The translations under genes were made by a program, and so were the position numbers. Under the pieces are notes generated by a model that had not been told where the DNA came from, searched no databases, and saw only the letters and a program-made list of their open reading frames with translations. From Macrostomum lignano (lineage: Eukaryota), in contig NIVC01001284.1 in the NCBI GenBank assembly GCA_002269645.1, positions 121,733-185,732 of the forward strand: DNA of 64,000 nucleotides, given 5' to 3'. Below are positions 40,604-64,000 of the stretch, in pieces; the first letter of the stretch is position 1; each line of letters opens with the position of its first letter.

Positions 40604-40671
40604 TTAGGGTTAGGTTAGGGTTAGGGTTAGGGTTAGGGTTAGGGTTAGGGTTAGGCTAGGGTTAGGGTTAG
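40604..40671 (+). repeat. Interstitial telomere-type (TTAGGG)n tract, ~11 units
   Basis: Six consecutive perfect units at 40615..40650 plus imperfect flanks. Decayed versions lie at ~40195, ~40955 and ~41088. Confidence 0.9.
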
Positions 40672-41484
40672 AAGGTTGACAGATTTTTTTTAGATTTCAT
40701 TTTTTTAGGGCATTGCTGAGATGTCAAGGGGGAAGTTGATATGTTAAAGCTTGTGGGGGGGGAATTACTGACATGTCAAGGCTTACAAGGGACTTCTGAT
40801 ATATATTGCAAAGAGATTCTACATGTACTTTAATACGAAACTTGTACCGCATTTTTGGCTCCCCGACGCTAAGATACTAAGCTAAAAAATACTACTAGCG
40901 CTTCACAAACTTATGCAGATGTCAGGCTGTAGGGTTAGTGTTAAGATTCGTGTTAAGGTTAGGGTTAGGGTAGCTCATGTAGCTTATTAAAAATGTTTAT
41001 CATGGAAGCATGATGCAAAAATAATGGAAGCGTATGTAAAATTATAGAAGCATCATGCAAGAACCCATGGACAAAATATTGAATTTAGGGTTTTGGTTAG
41101 GGTTAGTGTTAGAAGTTTGACAGGAGATTTTTTAAGATTTCAAGGCTGCATGTAGCTTATTAAAAAAACGTGTATTGCATTTCTTTGGCTCCCCAACGGG
41201 GGGCGTAGATTGCTAGTAAATACTATTATTAATTATATTTTTCTGACCTACACCTTAGCATTCCGCCTTGCCCTGCCCAGTCGTCACGGATCAGGGCGTG
41301 GAAGTGCCTTTGCTGCAAGTCCACCTGCAGACCCAAAAAAGGAAATGGGAATGTCTTTTTGACAACGCCCAGTTAGACTGAGAAGAAGCATGAATCTGGC
41401 CAGTTTCACTCCCGTGCATGTGCGGAAAGGAAAGACGAACTCATCTATCCTCAGGGGCGAAGGCCATTAAAGGCTCCCTGCTTC

Positions 41485-41780
41485 CACTAATGTCACTCCC
41501 ACTAATGTCAGTACCACTAATATCACTCTCACTAATGTCACTCTCACTATTGTCACTCTCACTAATGTCACTCTCATTGATGTCACTCTCACTGATGTCA
41601 CTCTACCTATTGTCACTCTCACTAATGTCACTCTCATTGATGTCACTCTCATTGATGTCACTCTCATTGATGTCATTCTACCTATTGTCACTTTCACTAT
41701 TGTCACTCTACCTAATGTCACTTTCACTAATATCACTCTCACGAATGTCCCTCCTCATTGATGTCACTCTCACTAATCTC
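41485..41780. repeat. Minisatellite, 15 bp unit (tcactctcactaatg)
   Basis: About 19 degenerate units. Confidence 0.85.
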
Positions 41781-42122
41781 ACCCCAAAAATCCAGGCAGC
41801 AAAAATCCCAAATTCGAAATCAGACAACCATGTCAACTGCACAAGAAATAAACCAGTTGAAATTCCATCATTATTTTTTATCCGTTTTTTTCATAATAAA
41901 TCCCAGCCAATGGTCTGGGGCACAGCAAATCGCATGTCAAAGGCAGACAGGGCAGCTAAAAGTCTCAAATTGTGACCATACAATGCCCAAGGGAGTGGCT
42001 TCCAGGCCTGATCTGCCCTTAAAAACTGGGCGGAGTCTCCGAGACGTCTGCGTGCTTGTTGCGTGACAGCGAGACCCGAGCTCACAATCCTATTATCTCT
42101 CTCTCTTTCTGTCTCTCAGTCA

Positions 42123-45100
42123 ATGTCGACAGCAGCCCAACCCGAGACACCGTCGGCCAAGTCCCAGTGGCGACGGGCTTCTAAGAAAGCGACAACAAAG
42201 ACTGAGACAAAGACGCTCGAATCTGCCGCCGTAGATAAACAAATGGAAGACGTCAGTATAACAAAGGAGGCTGAAGATCTGGTAGAATCCGTGGTAGGCG
42301 GAGTCACTAATAGTTCCGCCGATGACAAGTCGGAATCCAAGATTAATTGGCGAAGAACCTCCAAAAAAGTTCGAGATTTAACTTCGATGTCGGCAAACTC
42401 TTCGGCAGACAAGACTACTGAGAAGGCGGATGAGAAATCCGACGAGAAGTCCGCATCGAAAATCAACTGGCGACGAACTTCAAAGAAAGTTCGCGAATTG
42501 TCGTCGTCAGGTAAAACCGAATTGGCTGACGAAATCCGTTCGCCAGAAATCAACAACGCGGAGAAGGCGGGTGAGAAGGCGGATGAGAAGGCCAGCGCTG
42601 GTCGAGCTGGTTGGCGTCGAGCTTCAAAGCGGATCAGCGCGACGTCGACCAACTCACTGAGATCCGACGCCGTGGCTGAGGAGATCGACTCTGAGGAGCC
42701 GGCGCCACCGGGGCCGCCTGGCGCTAAGTCGAATTGGCGACGCGCATCAAAGAAAGCGCGCAATCAACCGACGTCGACAAAAGCGGATGAGTCAAAAGAG
42801 GAGCAGCAGCAGCAGGGCGGGGACAAAAAGGCTGCCGTGAAAGCCGGTTGGAGGCGAGCTTCGAAAAGAGCTCGAGAACAGACGTCTGAGTCTGGAGCTG
42901 CAGCTGCCATCGAAGACCAATCAATGTCGATGTACATCGCTGAAGAAGCCGAAGATGAGAAGACGGATGAGAAGACTAATGGTGAGAAAACAGATAATAA
43001 TCAAGACGAGAAAATTGAGAATGAGAATTCCGGTGAGAAGACCGATGAGAAGGCAAATGCGGATGAGAATCTCGATGAGAAGACGGCGGCTGATGAGAAT
43101 CCCGATGAGAAGACAACTGCGGATGAGAATCCCGATGAGAAGACAACTGCGGATGAGAATCCCGATGAGACGACAACTGCGGATGAGAATCTCGATGAGA
43201 AGACAACTGCGGATGAGAATCTCGATGAGAAGACAACTGCGGATGAGAATCCCGATGAGACGACAACGGCGGATGAGAATCTCGATGAGAAGACAACTGC
43301 GGATGAGAATCCCGATGAGAAGACAACTGCGGATGAGAATCCCGATGAGACGACAACTGCGGATGAGAATCTCGATGAGAAGACAACGGCGGATGAGAAT
43401 CTCGATGAGAAGACGGCGGCTGATGAGAATCCCGATAAGAAGGCAACTGCGGATGAGAATTCCGATGAGAGGACAACTGCGAATAAGAGTCCCGATGAGA
43501 AGGCGGCGGCAGATGAGAATCCTAATGAGAAGGCGGCGGACAAGTCCCAATCAAAGCGCACCTCCTGGCGAAAAACACGGATGCGTTCAACGGGCAGCTC
43601 AACAGGCAGCGGCGGCGACACCAAAGAGGTCGAACAGGGAGTCAAAGACAACGACAAGCCAGCTGCCACGAAGCCGCCAAATCGAACTAGCTGGCGGCGA
43701 ACATCAAAGAACATCAAACAGACGCCAGCAGTTGTCCCTGACGAGGCGGAGGCTGCTGCTGCTGCTGCCGAGGCGATTCCAGAAGAAGAGGAGCAGCAGC
43801 AGACGGCAGACGGACAGCCAAGGTGTCCGCGCTGCCAAGGCCCGACAAGCCACGAGGGCGTTCAAAACCAGCTGCATTGCCGCAACTGCGGAATCGAAGT
43901 CTGCGCAGACTGCGGAGTTGATCTTCGAGGAAGCTGCGGCGGTGGAGCCTGCTGCCTGTACTCGAAGCTGATGGACTGGACTCTGGGCACCCACGCTGGC
44001 CGGTTCAGCGTGTTCGGCTGCGAGAAAAACCTCTGGCCAGGGTGCCCCGCCGGACGGCGCATGGTGCGCGGGCTACTGCTGGGTGAGACTAGCTATCCAA
44101 TGACATAGCCCGCCATTGGCTAGATTAGCAATCCATTCTATTCCAATTGATTTGTGATTGGCTAGATTAGCAATCCATTCTATTCTAATTGATCTGTGAT
44201 TGGCTAGATTAGCAATCCATTCTATTCCAATTGATCTGTGATTGGCTAGATTAGAAATCCATTTTATTCCAATTGAATTGTGATTGGCTAGATTAGCAAT
44301 CCATTCAACTCCAATTGATCTGTGATTGGCTAGATTTAGCAATCCATTCTATTCCAATTGATCAGTGACTGGCTAGATTAGCAATCCATTCTATTCCAAT
44401 TGATCTGTGATTGGCTAGATTAGCAATCCATTCTATTCCAATTGATCTGTGATTGGCTAGATTAGCAATCCATTCTATTCCAATTGATCAGTGATTGGCT
44501 AGATTAGCAATCCATTCTATTCCAATTGATCTGTGACTGGCTAGATTAGCAATCCGTTCTATTCCAATTGATCTATGATTGGCTAGATTAGCAATCCATT
44601 CTATTCCAATTGATCTGTGATTGGCTAGATTAGCAATCCATTCTATTCCAATTGATCTGTGATTGGCTAGATTAGAAATCCATTCTATTCCAATTGATTT
44701 GTGATTAGCTAGATTAGCAATCCATTCTATTCCAATTGATCTGTGATTGGCTAGATTAGAAATCCATTCTATTCCAATTGATTTGTGATTGGCTAGATTA
44801 GCAATCCATTCTATTCCGATTGATCTGTGATTGGCTAGATTAGCAATCCATTCTATTCCAATTGAATTGTGATTGGCTAGATTAGCAATCCATTCAACTC
44901 CAATTGATCTGTGATTGGCTAGATTTAGCAATCCATTCTATTCCAATTGATCAGTGACTGGCTAGATTAGCAATCCATTCTATTCCAATTGATCTGTGAT
45001 TGGCTAGATTAGCAATCCATTCTATTCCAATTGATCTGTGATTGGCTAGATTAGCAATCCATTCTATTCCAATTGATCAGTGATTGGCTAGATTAGCAAT

Positions 45101-45418
45101 CCATTCTATTCCAATTGATCTGTGACTGGCTAGATTAGCAATCCGTTCTATTCCAATTGATCTATGATTGGCTAGATTAGCAATCCATTCTATTCCAATT
45201 GATCTGTGATTGGCTAGATTAGCCATAAGACATTGCCCCACTGCGCACACATTTTAGTGTTCCGTGCCATCGCCTTCCTGGCAGCGCTGCTGCTGACTCT
45301 GCCAATTGCCTGGCTACCTGTTGTCTGCGGCTGCCTTCGCTCCAGTGGCATCGGAGCGGCCGCGAAGAACGGCGACAAAGAGGCCCAGATTCTGGCTGAG
45401 GAAGGCGGCGGAGTGTGA
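42123..45418 (+). CDS. RNF217-like C-terminally anchored protein with only a degenerate RING2 (Rcat) and a long basic-motif/acidic-repeat N-terminus; ~706 aa; exons 42123..44082 and 45258..45418
   Basis: An acceptor ctttctgtctctcag| at 42119 precedes the ATG, so an upstream exon or trans-splicing is possible. Donor G|gtgaga at 44082/44083 and acceptor acattttag| at 45257 join in phase 1 to give RRMVRGLLLVFRAIAFLAALLLTLPIAWLPVVCGCLR. CPRC...HCRNC...CADCG...GTHAGRFSVFGC...PAGRRMVRG matches, from memory, RNF217 CP.C...TCSQC...CYRCG...GDHTSNLSIFGC...PHLRRLVRG plus TM. Confidence 0.75.
43060..43530 (+). repeat. Coding 30-bp minisatellite encoding (TTADEN[P/L]DEK) x ~16
   Basis: In-frame tandem units gatgagaatcccgatgagaagacaactgcg within the RNF217-like exon. 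Confidence 0.92.
44111..45222 (+). repeat. 42-bp minisatellite (attggctagattagcaatccattctattccaattgatctgtg) filling the RNF217-like intron
   Basis: About 26 units; occupies nearly the whole 1175-bp intron 44083..45257. Confidence 0.95.
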
Positions 45419-45574
45419 TGAAACCGGCACTGGACTGAGTTCTTGGTCGAGCGGAAACTCGTTTGTTATTCATGCTCGACTCTAGACTTGATCTTTAAGA
45501 TTACCGCGTGAGTTATGTTGTACTACTACTACTAATAATAATAATATCATAATATTTACTAACCAATGTAGTTT

Positions 45575-45860
45575 GCCAATCTAATCCATAGCCTAATTAG
45601 ATAGAGTGGATTGCTAATCTATAGCCTACTTGAACATAGAGTGGATTGCTAATCTATAGCCTACTTGAACATAGAGTGGATTGCTAATCTATAGCCTATA
45701 CTTGAACATAGAGTGGCTTGCTAATCTATAGCCTAATTGAATATAGAGTGGAATGCTAATCTATAGCCTAATTTGATAGAGTGGATTGCTAATCTATAGC
45801 CTAATTGGATAGAGTGGATTGCTAATCTATAGCCTAACCGAACAGAGTGGATTGCTAAAG
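45575..45860 (-). repeat. Shorter variant of the 42-bp family (atagagtggattgctaatctatagcctaattg), inverted relative to 44111..45222
   Basis: Shares ggattgctaatcta with the reverse complement of the 42-bp unit. Confidence 0.75.
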
Positions 45861-46865
45861 TAACCACGATAAAATCTGCGTAATTTTTGGATATATACAA
45901 TCATTTATCTAATCATGAACATGACAATTGTCACTCAGTTTAGACGGATAATTTACGCGTTGAACCCATCGTCAAAATTTTATCGATTCTTGTCCTTAAA
46001 AAAACATTCCCCAGTTGATTTTGTCCGACAATTTGGCGAAAAAACACATCCTACAAAATCCAAAAGTACTTTTTAGGGCGCGGTCGCCAGGCGAATGCGC
46101 AGGAGACGCCCCATGTTTACCACCTGCCCTTCAGCAACAACTAAAAGTACTCTGACTGTATCGCCTTCAATTCTCCATTAATAAAATGATAAATTTCAGA
46201 CATTTTTATGCGTCAATATTTATTCAAAAAACTAATGACCAACCATTTTTATATGCAATTTTACTAATTGTATTATTGTCAATAATAAAATATAACATAT
46301 TTTAATCGCATCTATTGTCATGACAACTGTGGTTGGAACTAATTATAATATTAATAAATTGAATCAATAATGCACTAATTAGCAGCAATATCAGTTACGG
46401 GACAAAGGAAATATTTATGAAGATAAACAAAAAAAACAAGTAAAAGTTATTGAAACAAGGAAAATAAAGTGTTCACTCCTCTTAGCGCTGACACAAAATT
46501 GTAAATCAAAGCTGAGATTTTGAAAGAAAAAACACAGACTTATAAGTGCAAAAGAAATTGCTAATTAGGTAAAGATTGTGACTGTTTTGAACAATTGCAC
46601 CCGTGCTTATTAATGATGATAATTCAAAATAGATGCATTTTATAGAAATATTGTGTGACTTCTCAAGTGAATTTACACAGACTAGATACCAAAAGAGTTC
46701 AATTAGATCAATCTGATAAATGATTGCTAGTATGCAAGAACTGCTATTGCAATAATCAGTGCTGCAATATTTTGTGTTATGCGAAATACCCTTTACCTTG
46801 TTTGCTAATAAAACCAATTTATGAATGTTGCCCTTTCATAGTAGTTTCTTAGGTATCAAAATAGT

Positions 46866-47006
46866 TGTCTGTCTGCCTGTCTGTCTGTCTGTCAGTCAGT
46901 CAGTCAGTCAGTCAGTCAGTCACCCACTCACTCAAGTCAGTCAGTCAGTCAGTCAGTCAGTCAGTCAGTCAGTCTGTCTGTCTGCCTGTCTGTCTGTCTG
47001 TCTGCC

Positions 47007-47037
<31 letters not shown>

Positions 47038-47045
47038 ATCTGTCC
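46866..47045. repeat. (GTCT)n/(GTCA)n compound microsatellite
   Basis: Direct reading. Confidence 0.9.
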
Positions 47046-47537
47046 GTCAAGCAACATCACGATCCCAGCGCAGGTAAATAAAGCAGAGCCAGCACTCTGC
47101 CCACCCAGGTGAGCAAACAATAATGCCAATGAGACTAGAATAAAATAAAATTACAGCAGGCGCGAATAATCAGTGTGTACAAATCAATCGTTGAATATAT
47201 AAATTAAATCTGCAGTCATATTTGACAAATATTTACCGAAGGAAAGTGCACAGAATCAATAGAAAATCAATTTTTTAAACAGCAGGCAGTATGATATATT
47301 AATTATATATATAGAATTAGATCGAAAAACCAGAGGAAAACATTTAAGCAAGTCATCAAGAATCCAGCAATCCACAAAAGGCCTCAGTACAATAATAGTC
47401 TTGTAGGAGAAACATAATTCATACGAAACAGTTCTTCTAAAGTCTAAAAAGGGCAAAAAGAAAGAGAGGAATGAAGAATAAAGAAGAAGAAACACTGCCG
47501 TTTAAGAAGAAGGATTGTCTGAGATGACGGCGGCTCA

Positions 47538-62785
<15,248 letters not shown>

Positions 62786-63229
62786 TATTGCACACGAGCT
62801 TGAAATCTTGGTAACGAACTCCAACAAGCTTTTAAACGAACCGGGTATATTCGAATTATAACAAGCAATAAACTTTGTTTTATTTCTTCTTCAACGATTA
62901 TTCTTTACATGATCTAAGCACAGCCGTATCGCCTGATGGAAAATATCAGCAATCATTGTAGCGAAGGTGTTTTAATTCTTTAAAACGTAGCTGTCTATCA
63001 ACATGCTACTGCTAACTTTGTATCAATTCAAAAACAGGACATCCTTGACAAAATTCACAACTTCAGGAGTGCTATAAGTATTAGACAATAAAAATGCTAG
63101 AAAAAACATAAGCTACAAATTTAACCGGCGGATTCTTGCGCCTCGATACAATTCGTGGCTTGATGGCTTCGGATTGACTTCGCAACTTAAATTTTCTATC
63201 AATTTTGATACAGTATGGCGACAGCGAAT

Positions 63230-63370
63230 TGTCTGTCAGTCTATCTATTTGTCTACCGTTCAGAGTCTGCCTGCTTGCCTGTGTCTGTCTGTCTGTCTGT
63301 CTGTCTCTGTCTGCCTGTCTGTCTGTCTGTCTGTCTGTCTGCCTGTCTGTCTGTCTGTCTGTCTGTCTTT
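63230..63370. repeat. (GTCT)n microsatellite
   Basis: Direct reading. Confidence 0.85.
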
Positions 63371-64000
63371 CAGTTTTCCTTAATCTAATAGAACCAGAAA
63401 GAGAAACAATTCATTTTCAAAAGAAAATACACAAAAAACCTCTCGACAAATACGTGGTTGAAACTTAATGAAAATTTCGATACTTGAAACCAGCACTAAG
63501 AAATAATTTTGACAGAAATTAAGAGTCTTACTCACTGACCAACAGCTTGGTATCAGTTTAGCGTTTTAGCAAAGAGATTAAGGTCTTTAAAATATTATGG
63601 GCCAATGTAGCGCCACAGAAAAGGTTTGGGGCCATTTAATGCAAAAACTAGATTGCACTAGATTATTGTGGCAAGCAAGGTTTGGAATACTGGCAAGGTT
63701 TTGACGCTAATTTAGGCCACGGAAAGTTTTAGCGCCAATCCAGTGCTACTGGAAAGGTTTTGGCGCCAATTTAGCACCAAAGAAAAGGTATTAGCTCCAA
63801 AATGTAAGAGTGACAAAGTAACATCTGACCCCCATCCTCAGCGGGATGGCTACCCCCCTCCCCATTACATACATTCAACTCCATCCATACATAACTTAAA
63901 CTTAAACTTAAACCAAGGTTGCGTTAATAAAAAATACACAGAATCATTACACAAATCGCACTCACCACTAATGCGTTCTAGAAGATTTTTTTAATTATTT

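Larger units (their letters stand above)
38064..41216 (+). mobile_element. Non-autonomous Helitron-like element, copy 2 (~3.15 kb)
   Basis: The 5' module atatactaaaaatg...ggctcaaccgattttcttc.aacttgcaccattcgatcagaaa... is shared with copy 1; the 5' TC is degenerate here. Ends in the hairpin gctcccc-aac-ggggggc (41188..41204), a spacer, and CTAG|T (41213..41216, T at 41217). Confidence 0.7.

Noticed and set aside
40604-40671. True chromosome end or healed break at the TTAGGG tract
   Set aside because: Only ~70 bp, imperfect, and embedded in a repeated unit whose other copies have decayed versions at the same position.
42063-42122. ORF-track start at GTG 42063 and stop at 44108 for the 681-aa ORF
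   Set aside because: The 5' part is a polypyrimidine tract and acceptor, and the 3' part runs past a strong donor at 44083; the spliced model fits RNF217 homology better.
45223-45257. Apparent frameshift at the start of the last RNF217-like exon (acceptors at 45222 or 45229)
   Set aside because: The acceptor at 45257 joins in the correct phase and restores the transmembrane segment without any frameshift.

Overview
Eukaryotic (metazoan) genomic DNA with GT-AG introns, GC-rich exons and many mini/microsatellite arrays. The style suggests a flatworm such as Macrostomum lignano (inference only; no search was run). Genes I could reconstruct by hand: the 3' part of NOC3L, followed 846 bp downstream on the same strand by a C11orf98-like gene; a head-to-head pair of atypical DEG/ENaC channel genes (one with 4 introns and at least one frameshift, one intronless with two nonsense codons and a frameshift); an intronless LRR transmembrane protein without TIR; a secreted PAN-PAN-fibrinogen-like protein; an RNF217-like membrane-anchored protein that keeps only a degenerate RING2 lacking the catalytic Cys and carries eight W-R-[RK]-x-[SR] basic motifs; and, convergent with it, a 7-exon calmodulin-like gene with a long N-terminal extension. 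Mobile DNA: two ~3.2-3.5 kb non-autonomous Helitron-like elements with independently expanded internal minisatellites (one also holds TTAGGG tracts), three copies of a tRNA-derived SINE (one complete with a 12-bp TSD), and one CORE-like SINE. All very long ORFs over tandem arrays are artefacts. Repeat boundaries were read by eye and are approximate to tens of bases.
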